A DNA stretch of 64,000 nt from contig NC_043019.1 in the NCBI RefSeq assembly GCF_006345805.1, positions 1,550,001 to 1,614,000 on the forward strand. The letters run 5' to 3'. The notes beneath the pieces were generated by a model. It was given only the letters and a program-made list of their open reading frames with translations, had not been told where the DNA came from and ran no database searches. Shown here in pieces: positions 52,890 through 64,000 of this stretch. The stretch comes from Octopus sinensis. Its lineage: Eukaryota. The position numbers and the translations under genes were made by a program. The stretch's first letter is position 1; each line of letters opens with the position of its first letter.

Positions 52890-53508
52890 GTATGTATTTA
52901 TGTATGTATACTTTGTGTGTCCGTGTTTGTCCCCCAACATCGCTTGACAACCGATGCTGGTATGTTTACGTCCCCGTCACTTAACGGTTCGGCAAGAGAG
53001 ACCGATAGAATAAGTACTAGGCTTACAAAGAATGAGTCTTGGGGTCGATTTGTTCGACTAAAGGCAGTACCCCTGTATGGCCGCAGTCAAATGACTGAAA
53101 CAAGTAAAAGAATGAAAGAAAGTCATAAATTAAATACAGTTATTGCCATAAATTAATATCATAGCAATAATGTTAATGCAGATATATCCATGCAAAAATA
53201 CGACATGAGCATGCCTGCATTAACAGAGAGGGAAAGAGGAGAAAGAGAGGGGAAAGGTTGAGTGAGATAAATGAAGTGGAGAGAAAGATAATTTTATCTC
53301 TTCGACCAAGGACATAAAAAGTGACAAGTGTATTAAAAACGTATTCTGTGGAGAAATTCCTTTCAGCATAGACATAAATTGAATTGTTTTATTTTGTTAT
53401 TAACAAAAGAACATTTATATAATACATGTCTTCTCTGCAGCCATATAAAAACTCCCTATGGAAGCTTTGCTTAACTCTTTAATTTTGGAGAATGGTAATT
53501 ATTTTCAG
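52129..53508. mobile_element. Foldback/large MITE with ~210-300-bp inverted arms
   Basis: 52129-52340 is the reverse complement of ~53280-53508; weaker pairing continues at 52380-52430 / 53205-53260. Confidence 0.8.
52687..53120 (+). mobile_element. SINE family A (full length, the only + strand copy seen)
   Basis: GCGTGGCTATGTGGTAAG..GGTTCAGTCCC..GAAACAAGTAAAAG. Confidence 0.88.
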
Positions 53509-54094
53509 GCTAATAGCATTTATGGTTTAAGTGAGAATTATTATTTTTACAAAATTGATTTAGGAAAGCAATTAATATTCCGTATAAAAGTATTTGAAAG
53601 ACAATTCTGAATTCCTAAAAATCTATAAATAGGTTATTTACATAGATTTTGACTCCGTTGACATTTAATATGATAACAGACTATTAATGAGGCTATAAAA
53701 AATTACTTGTCAAACCTTAAATCACCTGAGCGCCAGATGTTTATTGTTTTATACGTGAAAGCAACAAAACACCGTATTCAATTACTTAAGTATTTATACT
53801 CGACAAACTTAATCTCATTTTGTTCAATACAACAGTTTGTCTGCTTAGAAATCTATTCTTAAAATAGACGAAGATATCTTCCAGTATGTATGAACGATAT
53901 GTTCATACGAGAAACAAAGCATTAATTTCTTTACAAAATTTGTTTACCGTTTACGATGCTTCTTATTTATTTCCTACTAGGAAAGTAAAGAGTTCTTAAT
54001 TATCTTTCAAATGTTCTTTTACAGATCTCCCAGAAATCCCTGACTCTCTAAACAATTGCTCCATTTTATGAGTTTAAGGCGAATGAATACTCTT

Positions 54095-54615
54095 GTCCTT
54101 TACTTGTTTCAGTCATTAGACTGTGGTCATGCTGGAGCACTACTTTGTTGAGTTCTTAGTCGAACGAATCGACTCATGTACTTTTCTTTAGCAGCCGAGC
54201 TGGAGCACAATCTTTTTCGTCGAACGCACCACCTTTTCAGACGAACGCATCACATGTTGGAGCATGGCCTTTCTGATTTTTTAGTCCAACGCATTACTTC
54301 AAGTTCTTTTCATTAAAGATTCTGTCGGCCTGGTCATGCTAGAGCAGTGCTTTGTTGAGGTTTTAGTCGAACGAATCGACTAAAGTACGTTTCTTTAACA
54401 GCCATGCTGGAGCACAATTTTTTTAGTTGAACGCATCACCTAGTTCTTTTCATTCAAGATTCTGTCAGCCTGGTCATGCTGGAGCACTACTTTGTTGAGG
54501 TTTTAGTCGAACGAATCGACTAAAGTACGTTTCTTTAAAAACCATGGTGGAGCACAATTTTTTAGTCGAACGTATCAACTAAAGTTCTTTTCATTAAAGA
54601 TTCTGTCAGCCTGCC
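54095..54615. repeat. Minisatellite built from the SINE family A 3' segment (~140-bp higher-order unit)
   Basis: Repeated CATGCTGGAGCAC..TAGTCGAACG(A/C)ATC subunits; units start near 54124, 54331 and 54471. Confidence 0.8.
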
Positions 54616-55567
54616 ACCTTCGACGGCGGGTAATACTGACTAACATTATTTTTCAAGCAGCAAAAAATTATTGTGAATAAAAGATTGAAAGTTATCTTGT
54701 GCAATATTTTTTTTAATTCGTAGTAAAATGCTTAACCAACCACAAAACATTTTTCTAGTTCATATAGAATGAATAAAAAAATTATTGTTGACTACATTAG
54801 GCACAAGAGATTTTAACATGTCTCTGTCTATTAACCAGTGAGATTGAGAAAATATAACGATTCTCAAAATAACGGTTGGTCATTGTTTAAAAGAATTTAG
54901 AGTCTAAGAAATGCAACATTTGAAAAAAAATGCAGTTTGATGACCTCCAGTTCGGACGTTGGCTGAAATTTACAGCGCATATCTAAAATATTATAATTCA
55001 CTTAGAGTCTAACAATAGTGTATTTAAAACAAAATCGGTGTTGTGGATACTGTAGATGTTTTATCTCTTACATCTTTCGATCCTTGGACTGCGACCAAGC
55101 TGGAGTACACGTGAAGACACGTGATTTTGTCGTTAGGGGACTCGGCTTACGGTCGTAAGCTCGTGAGCTCAATATTTCACGTTGCTCCAGTCCAGTCAGC
55201 TAGCAAAATCAAGTTGTACCAGTAATTGAAAGGTGCAGCCTTTTCGCATTCTTTCTCGCCTAATCTCCGTGAGTACTACGTTAACGGTACGCGTGTCTGC
55301 ACAGTGTTCAGTCACCTGCAGGGTTAATGACACGAACAGGTGATTCCGTTGATCGGATCAACTGGAACACTCGTCGCCGTAACCGACAGAGTCTCCGTCG
55401 AACACATCGAGACAACTCCTAATTGTTATGCTTGGTAATTACTCTATCGTTCCACTTTTGTTGAACCACTAGCTGTCCGTGTACTAAACAAACCGAGTCT
55501 GGTTCTTAAGTGATGGGATGAGACAAACAGAAACACAAAGACTCACAAATACACAACCACACACACA

Positions 55568-55606
<39 letters not shown>

Positions 55607-55744
55607 CGAGTTTCTTTCAGTTTTCGTCTACCAAATTTACACACAATCTTGGTGGGTCCGGGAATATATTGGGACGCATTTGCCGTAGCTGCTGCGCAGT
55701 GTGAGTGACTACATTACCATATGGTTCGGAAGCCTTGATTTTTT

Positions 55745-56050
55745 TTACCACAAAGCCACATAAAGATTGCTGGAAGAGATCAGCTGAGCTATGAGGGATT
55801 GTATGGGAATTTTCAAGTATGAGATATCACAAACTACCATAGAGTCAGATTCGTAGGGCATGGCTGGAGAGCTTATATCGAAATTGCTTCTGAAGATCTT
55901 CTGTGATACCAAAGATTGACAAGCCAAAACCAATATTAGTCAGATTTGTGACGACATAAACCACAATCCGTCTGACAGCCTGAATATGATGAACAATAAA
56001 ATTGGATGGTGACAGTCATGGGAGGCCGTACAACCGGATGATATTGATTG
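55745..56050 (+). pseudogene. RTE-clade LINE 3' relic
   Basis: RFVGHGWRAYIEIASEDLL resembles the RTE C-terminal RRL.FAGH.WR..E.AS..LLW pattern. Confidence 0.5.
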
Positions 56051-56726
56051 ACAATATTTAAACAGACGATTCACCACCATTCAGCACTATTGTTTTATGT
56101 TTACTTCTCTCATATATTTTTTGTATTTTTAGTTGTTCAAAAATGTTATTACTGCGGTTTATTGATAAAAAAAAAAAAAGCAAAGAGTTCATAGCGATAA
56201 GCAATGAAAATAGACAATGGTGTTTATTATCTGCTCTCATAAATTTTGTTGTGTGATAATATATACAATGCAAACTAAGAACAAGCTCAGATCATATCTA
56301 GAAATAAATTCCGACCAAGGGAATAAACAAGGGAAATTCAGAGGTGATGGAAACATTTTTCAGTCGCGTGAGGCACTAGACTGCCGCTATGTTTGGGAAC
56401 AACCGCAAAGAATTTGAGCTGAAACAATCAGCACCAGTACTCTTTTAAACTTGGTACTTATTCTATCCGGGCAAAATGCATAACGGCATTTCGTCAGTCT
56501 TTATCATCTGAGGGCAAAATCGGCCAAGATCAATTATGGGATTCATCCTTTCGGGGTTGATAAAATAAGTATTAGTTGAGCACTGGGGTCGATGTAAACG
56601 ACTCGCATCCTCACTCGAAATTGCTGATATTGTGCCAAATTTTCAAACAAATATTAAATAGACCGTTACATAATAGTATGAGAATTAGTTGTCCCACACG
56701 TTTGTAGCTAGAGGACTTGCTATGTA

Positions 56727-57272
56727 CAGGGTTACCAAAAAATGAATGAACCGACTACATTACGTAATATTTTAACAAGGAAAAAGTATAGAAAACTCCA
56801 GCTAAGTCACAAGTATTTGCTCACAATTAGCTTTTATTTCCTGTCTTACAAGTGTTCCATGTGGCCACAGCACGGGTGACATCAATGCGATAAGAGAATT
56901 CCTCCCAGATTCGTATCAGCATATCACGATCCACTGAGTTGATCGCTGTTGATATTCGACGTTTAAGGTCATCGAGGTTAGTCGGTAAAGGTTGAACATA
57001 AACGCGATCTTTTAAATATCCCCACCAGAAAAAAAAATCACACACAGCAACCAACTCGGTGGATCGTGATATGCAGTTATACGTCTGGGAGGAATTCTCT
57101 TACCGCATTGATGTTACCTGTGCTGCGAGTGGTGGCTAGATTGAACACTTATAAGGTAGCAGATAAATGTTGCGTGTGAATAAATACTTGCGACTTAGCT
57201 GGAATTTTCTATTGATTTTCCTTATTAAAATATTACCTTATGAAATCGGTTCATTCGTTTTGAATAGCCTTG
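56727..57272. mobile_element. Tc1/mariner-superfamily derivative whose inverted arms both contain the transposase 3' end
   Basis: Minus strand 56780-57054 gives CDFFFWWGYLKDRVY..NLDDLKRRISTAINSVDRDMLIRIWEEFSYRID; plus strand 57058-57155 gives VDRDMQLYVWEEFSYRIDVTCAASGG*IEHL*. Arms 56727-56940 and 57053-57272. Confidence 0.8.
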
Positions 57273-57494
57273 AATATAAACAAGGTGGCTGCTTGTTCCT
57301 CTGAAATTAGTCAAAATGAAAGGTTTGAATTTCGATAAAGAGTGTTCATCATTTTAATCAATCTCAGAGGAAATAGATATATTTGTCCTGTTTGTAAATC
57401 TAATATATAGGTTTTATACACACAGACATACACACACATGTAGCTACATGTGTGTGTGTCATTAATATTTAGTAGATCTTTATACATGTTTATG

Positions 57495-57545
<51 letters not shown>

Positions 57546-57632
57546 TGAAGGAATATTATTCCTAACTTACAGGGAAAAATTCAATTTCGAAATACTAAAT
57601 CAAATTTCACAAATTATAATATATATATATAT

Positions 57633-57969
57633 GTAAAAATGAGAAAAAAACACATTTTATCAATTCGAAACGAACAATTAAATTACACCATCTAGAAAAT
57701 TACATATAATTGAAATATTAAAATTAAAATAACAATAATATTCCGATGGTTAAGTAAATTGCAAAATAATAATAAAAACGTATATTAAAAACCTATATAT
57801 TTGGTAGACTAACAAATATATACGTTTTTATTATTATTTTGCAATTTACTTAATCATCGGAATATTATTGTTATTTTAATACTTAATATTTCTATTATAT
57901 GTAATTTTCTAGATGGTGAAATTTAATTGTTCATTTTGAATTGATAAAAGGTTTTATTTCTCATTTATA
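57633..57969. repeat. AT-rich near-perfect palindrome (foldback)
   Basis: ~150-bp arms about 90% complementary by eye, centred near 57800, with an inner TATATATTTG/CAAATATATA hairpin. Confidence 0.88.
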
Positions 57970-58803
57970 AATAAATAAATAAATATATATATATATATAT
58001 ATATATAGCTTGGTCAATTATGCTTCAGAACGAAGCTTCTGTCAAGTACACAGCGATAATAATAAAATAAGATGACAAAGGAAAAAATAATTATCTTATA
58101 AACTTCATTAGCTTACAATTGTTTCTGCTATGAAATTCAGTGCACCAATAGTTGAGTGTCTCAGTAATACCCTATAACTTCCTAATAGTCTCATATTATA
58201 CATTGAAGTCAGACTGAGAGAATTGTTTCTGTATTACCGTTGCTTAATGCCAAAGAGAATTTCAAGTTTTGGCGACTGGATTTCATTATTGATTTATGGA
58301 GCCACATGCAAGCAGCTCCAATTGCTGGAAACAACAGAACTGCAATGAACTCACACACTACCAATCTGATTTAGTAAAAACATATTTGTCGATATACTTT
58401 AACGTATATATATATAAAAAATATGTTGGACATTACATAACTTTAAATATAAAGTGTAGAGTGGGATTTAATCTCTTTAATGGAAATACTACATTCTGTT
58501 ACAATATGTTTTGATACAGATCTTCCTCATAAGTATTATGCCACATGCCACACACATACATACATACGCGTACACGAAAACACATACACGCACACTCACA
58601 CACACATATCTATTTGTCTATACTATCCGCTTTATATTTTTACGTGAGTTGTATATATTGTTATTATCTAGCCGTCTATGTATCAATCTATATGTACGTA
58701 TGTGTGTAATATATATATGTATATATATATTTGTGTGTGGGTGTATGTCTGTGTGCGTGTGTATGTATATTTATGCATCTATGTACATCTTTATATATAT
58801 ATA

Positions 58804-58861
<58 letters not shown>

Positions 58862-58904
58862 GATAGATAGATAGATATACATACACACACATACACACAC
58901 ATAT

Positions 58905-59442
58905 ATATATATATGAATATAAAAAAATATATATGTATATGAATATAAATATATATATATATATGAATATAAAAATACAAATGTATATAAAAGTATACTG
59001 TGTACATTGACGAGGTGAGTTTGTTTTAAACGTAAAGTTTTTGTGTAAAAATATTTTAGTAATATATTGCATTGAAGTTGTAACCAACCTTATATATATT
59101 AATATGTATGTACCAATATTTCTTAACATGACTTCTACAAGAAAAAGCGACTCCGATAATATTTGATAATGTTTTATGTACACAGATATGACGTAAACTA
59201 TTTCAGCTAGTTTATATGAAAGATGCTGACAAGTAATTTATGTAACATTCGGTTAACCCTTCATCTCACGTGTTGTGGCCATGCTGGGGCACCGACACTG
59301 GATGCATGCGGTGGTTTGAGGCCGCTGCCTTTATATGCACTTTCTGCTGTGAAGCTTGTTCATCTAGTACTCTTGGAAGTAAGAGGGCGACTCTCGTTTC
59401 GAAGACATCTACATGCACCACAGGTGTCACTCTATAATTAAA

Positions 59443-59474
<32 letters not shown>

Positions 59475-59484
59475 GATATATATA

Positions 59485-59516
<32 letters not shown>

Positions 59517-59841
59517 CACGTAATCACGTGATTACGTCAACGACCAGACAATCTGATGTTGTTACAAATCGCTGGTCACAATGCGTTCGCATTGTTTTAG
59601 CCTTCGAATGACGCCACACCGCTGGCTAAGCGAGCAGGCCAACAGAAGGAAGAGTTGGAGAAAGAGTGGTGACATAGTACAGCAGGGATCACCCCCCCTA
59701 CCGGAGCCCTGTGGAGCTTTTTTTGGTATTTTCGCTCAATAAACACTTACAATGCCCGGTCTGGGAATCGAAACCGCGATCCTACGACCGCCAGTCCGCT
59801 GCCCTAACTACTGGGCCATTGCTCCTCCACACACACACACA

Positions 59842-59872
<31 letters not shown>

Positions 59873-59875
59873 CAC

Positions 59876-59931
<56 letters not shown>

Positions 59932-60585
59932 GAATATATATATGAATATAAAAATACAAATGTATATAAAAGTATACTGTGTACTTTGACAAGGTGAGTT
60001 TGTTTTACACGGAAAAAGCGCATTACATATAGAAAAAGTTTTCATATGAAAAAGTTTTCGTGTAAAAATATTTTAGTAATATATTGCATTGAAGTTGTAA
60101 CCAACCTTTAATATATTAATATGTATGTACCAATATTTCTTAACGTGACTTCTACACGAAAAAACGACTCCAGTAATATTTGATAATGTTTTATGTACAC
60201 AGATATGACGTCAACTATTTCAGCTAGTTTATATGAAAGATGCTGACAAGTAATTTATGTAACATTCGGTTAACCCTTCATCACTGTATAAATCTATTTC
60301 TATTGACACGAACGCTAAGTAATTACAGATCAGACGAAGAAACCAGCATTTGTCACATATTCTGCTTTGTTAAATTCTTTCACATAGATTCAGCTCACGA
60401 GTTGTGGCCAAGCTGGGGCACCGACATTTGATGCATGCAGAAGTTTGACGCCGCTGCCTTCATATGCACTTCCTGCTGTGAAGCTTGTTCGTCTGGGACT
60501 CGTGGTTGTAAGAGAGCTACTCTTGTTTTGAAGACATCTACATGCACCACATGTAGGACTGTATAATTAAATGTGTACATATATA
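58905..60585 (+). repeat. Local duplication of ~540 bp (58905-59450 and 59925-60585) separated by a SINE
   Basis: Long shared stretches such as GTATATAAAAGTATACTGTGTAC and GATGCTGACAAGTAATTTATGTAACATTCGGTTAACCCTTCATC; copy 2 has two insertions. Confidence 0.85.
59517..59828 (-). mobile_element. SINE family B variant with a third type of 3' tail
   Basis: Head matches 6567; the tail reads ..GTCATTCGAAGGCTAAAACAATGCGAACGCATTGTGACC..AATCACGTG. Confidence 0.8.
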
Positions 60586-60859
60586 TATATACATACATAA
60601 AATGAAATAAATGAAAAACAAGACGCAAATGATGTTGCGGTACATCTGTTTCGGGCTTTATAGAACAACTTATTTTTACATGCATTGATGTAAAAATAAG
60701 TTGTTCTATAAAGCCCGAAACATATGTACAACAACATCCTTTGCGTTTGTTTTTTATTTATTTCATTTGATACATATATCCTATCACCTATGCTACTAGC
60801 TGGCATATACAGGTGCTTACATTTATCAAGTATTCACCCTGAATTTATATATATATATA

Positions 60860-61200
60860 TATATGCTGAAAGCAGTTTTGGCACAAACCTTGCAGATACG
60901 CGTCTCATACCCAGATGTTCAATGATAATGGAACTGAACAGTGACTAAACTGTACATCCTTTGATTACCCATGGATGGTGATTCTCCCCATAGTGGCTTC
61001 TCCGCATAGCTGCAAGCACATTTGCAATGTTTTTCTCAGTTCTGCTGGTTTTGGGTCACCAGAACGTTCGACAATATCGACATTTTTTCGGCCATCTTTT
61101 TAACTTCTGAACCATTGCTACACTTGTGAGCGGCTCATGCACCTCTTTCTCTATATTTTCTGCTACTTTGCGTAGGTTTCTAAACGGGTATCACAATGAC
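60860..61200 (-). pseudogene. Mariner transposase N-terminal (HTH) relic
   Basis: ETYAK..SRSQV*QWF..KDGRKNVDIVERSGDP..SIIIEHLGMRRVSARFVPKLLS. Confidence 0.8.
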
Positions 61201-61799
61201 AAATTTCTCTGCCATCGTCATTATGACGATCAAACGCTATAGACGATCTTTTCGGGCATAAGTGAGCTAGAACGTTAAAACTTAGTGTGCCTGTAAAGCA
61301 GAGCGCATGATCAATCTGTGCCAAGCAGACACTCTCTGCGTGCTTTACCTTCGTTACTCTGGCAACATCCTTGTATATATATGGGTGTGGGTGTGTGTGT
61401 GTGTGTGTCTGTGTGTGTCTGTGTGTGTGTGTTTGGACAATATATATGAATATATGAAAGGAGCGTGTGGCTTCGTGGATAGAACGGTGGGCTCCTGGTC
61501 TTAGGATTGTGTTTTCCATTCTGAATCGGGTGAAGCGTTGTGTTCTTCAGCAAAACACTTAATTTTAAGATGTTCCAGTCCACTTATGTGTAAAAAATAA
61601 GAAACTGATTACTCCTGTGACGGACATATGCGTTACAGAAACAAGGAAACCGGCGATATGAGTCTATAGAAGTCGGGAAGGATAATTTTCCTTTATATAT
61701 AGATAGATGTATAAAATTAAACTTACAGATTTACATGTACGTGCATATATATATATATATATTATATATATATATATATATATGTAACGATAAACGTCG

Positions 61800-62080
61800 G
61801 CCTTTTCAAGCCTAGCCAGGCTCATGGACCCGGTGTCCCGGTTTCTCTGACGTATGTGCCCCCCCCCAAGCTGGACGGGACGCCACTCCATCGCAGCGTT
61901 GCTCAAGAAACAGGAAGAGAGAGTGAGAGAAAATTGTGGCAAAAGTGTAAAACAGTGGGTGCCACCACTTCCTGCCGGTGCCTCGTGGAGCTTTTAGATG
62001 TTTTCACTCAAACACACACAATGCCCGGTCTAGGAATCGAAACCGCGAGTCCGCTGCCCTAAACACTGGGCTTTGCACCT
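61800..62080 (-). mobile_element. SINE family B variant with the CTGCGATGGAGTGGCGTCCCGTCCAG 3' module
   Basis: Head as in 6567, 3' module as in 47630. Confidence 0.75.
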
Positions 62081-63584
62081 ACACACACACACACACACAT
62101 ACATATACGCATATATATATACTTATGTATGCAGTTGTTTATATATGTATATGTATATATATATGTGTGTATGCATATGTATATGTATGTTTATTTATGT
62201 TTTTAATATGTATGTGTATGTGTCTTTGCGTATATATGTAGGTCTGTATGTTGATAGGTAGGTACACATGTGTGTACACATGTTTGTGTGTATACACATT
62301 TTTTCTCTCTTATTCTTTTAATCCTTTACTTGTTTCAGTCATTTGGCTGCAGGCATGTATGCTTACAGTCCTATGTATATACACAGAGGATTCGTGCGCC
62401 AGCAGCGTGGAAATATTTGTTTATTTCACTAATTTTTAATGCATTTATCAATAGAATATTTCTGGTTTCTGGACAAAACTTCATGATTCTGTTTTGTTTA
62501 TTTCACCATAACTACGTTGAAGTATTACAACCTCCAGTGGTTGATAGACGAAAATGTCAGCTTCATACGGAAGACGATTTCATTTCCAATATCCTCGTAC
62601 AAAGATATATGGCTTTGTGTCAGAAACCGTTATTCTCTTTTAGCATTTTAATCTTAAGTAATCACACTAACAGCATGAGTGAGGTCGTGACTACTGCTAC
62701 CAATCATGATAACTTAGCATATTTTCTCGAAATATTAAAGTCCAGCCGTCTAGTGGTTTTGTTCCTGGTTAGCTAGAGATAGCAGCTAAATATCAAGAAT
62801 ATAAATATTCTTTTACGCAATTCTTTCATATTTGTTCCAGTCACCTGACTGCGGTCATGCTGTGGCCAGTAGTTGAAAGGCTTTTTGGTTGAATAAATCA
62901 ACCCTGCCCCGACTTATTGTTTTGGCGACTAGTAGTTATTCTATTGGAAACCTTTGTAGAACCACCACCGATGGCGATGCAGTTTACTCCTAGGAGAGTT
63001 CTATTCTGGTTGGTCTGTATAACAAAAGTTAATCGACCAATGATCTCATATCTTTGCAGGCGTATTGCACTCAATTCTACAATTATTTAGTGTTTCTTTA
63101 TTCTTTATTCAACAGAATGTTGCTTGAGTAATACTTGATTGTTATTTCTGGCAGCTCATATGCAAGCGCTCATATGCATGCACCAATTTTGGCTCTTGTC
63201 AGTAATTTTCTAGTTTCGAAATAACATAATCTTCTGGTGAACAACTCATTCAAGGAAATAATTTAGTGAAATTCCAATGAATGTTTTCTATGGAAATGTA
63301 TTTCCTTAGTAATGCATGGAGCAGAAAGGAATAAGGAATAATAAGTTTCTTTCAAAGCTTTTAGCAAATGGTAAATACACAGTATCCATGTAAAGCAAAG
63401 AGATGGTGCGGCATTTAAACTATGGATTTTTATTGAAATTGTCTCAACAAGGCAGTACGCAGTAGAACCAATATTTATATAGTGCTCTGGGTGTACACTT
63501 TCTTATAGCAGAAACAGTAATTGATTACGTGACCAACAAATTGATTAGTTTTCATTGCCATTCATTGATTAATGTTATACTCAG

Positions 63585-63775
63585 TACTAAGGCTGCGAGG
63601 TAGCAGAATCGTTAGCACACAGCGCAAAAAGCTTGGAGGCATTCAGTCCATCGTTACGTTCTTCTTGGAATTCCGACTTTTCATCCTTTCGAGGTCGATA
63701 TCATAACTGCCAATTGAGTAGCGTGGTCGATGTGAACTTGAACTTGCTGGCCTTGTGCCGGTATTTGAAACCTAT
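63585..63775 (+). mobile_element. Degenerate SINE family C
   Basis: GGCTGCGAGGTAGCAGAATCGTTAGCAC..TTTTCATCCTTTCGAGGTCGATA. Confidence 0.65.
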
Positions 63776-63844
63776 AATACACTCTGTATGTGCCTAACGG
63801 TTTCCTATAAAGCATATGTATATTGAGCTCTGACAACAGTTTAT

Positions 63845-63875
63845 TAGTATTGCTATGCCTATATACGTACATACA

Positions 63876-63909
<34 letters not shown>

Positions 63910-63914
63910 CATAT

Positions 63915-63988
<74 letters not shown>
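63845..63988. repeat. (TACA)n-(TA)n microsatellite
   Basis: Direct reading. Confidence 0.95.
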
Positions 63989-63991
<3 letters not shown>

Positions 63992-64000
63992 TTGGCGCGC

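Noticed and set aside
54124-54612. CRISPR-like repeat array
   Set aside because: Eukaryotic context, no unique spacers and no cas genes; the repeats derive from the SINE tail.

Overview
AT-rich eukaryotic DNA, almost certainly an Octopus (cephalopod) intron or intergenic region, judged from its tRNA-derived SINE families and very dense (TA)n/(CA)n/(GATA)n/(CATA)n/(AAT)n microsatellites. I found no convincing host gene, and most long ORFs in the track are microsatellite artefacts. Main contents: (1) a ~8 kb Penelope-like element (RT + Cys-rich linker + GIY-YIG, 11567-19518) with two pseudo-LTRs, each carrying a hammerhead-ribozyme-like motif; (2) a 704-bp non-coding element (4849-5552) with two canonical type I hammerheads exactly 497 nt apart, resembling a retrozyme or mini-PLE; (3) further hammerhead-bearing remnants in (TA)n tracts; (4) a Tx1/L1-type LINE in two tandem 3.5-kb copies and two short 3' copies, nearly all of whose junctions abut (GATA)n; (5) restriction-like-endonuclease LINE 3' ends associated with (AAT)n and (CATA)n; (6) relics of hAT, Tc1, mariner and RTE elements, several MITE/foldback elements and many SINEs. 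The recurring pattern is that different retroelement families sit in different microsatellite types. All calls come from reading the sequence by eye; no database searches or folding programs were run.
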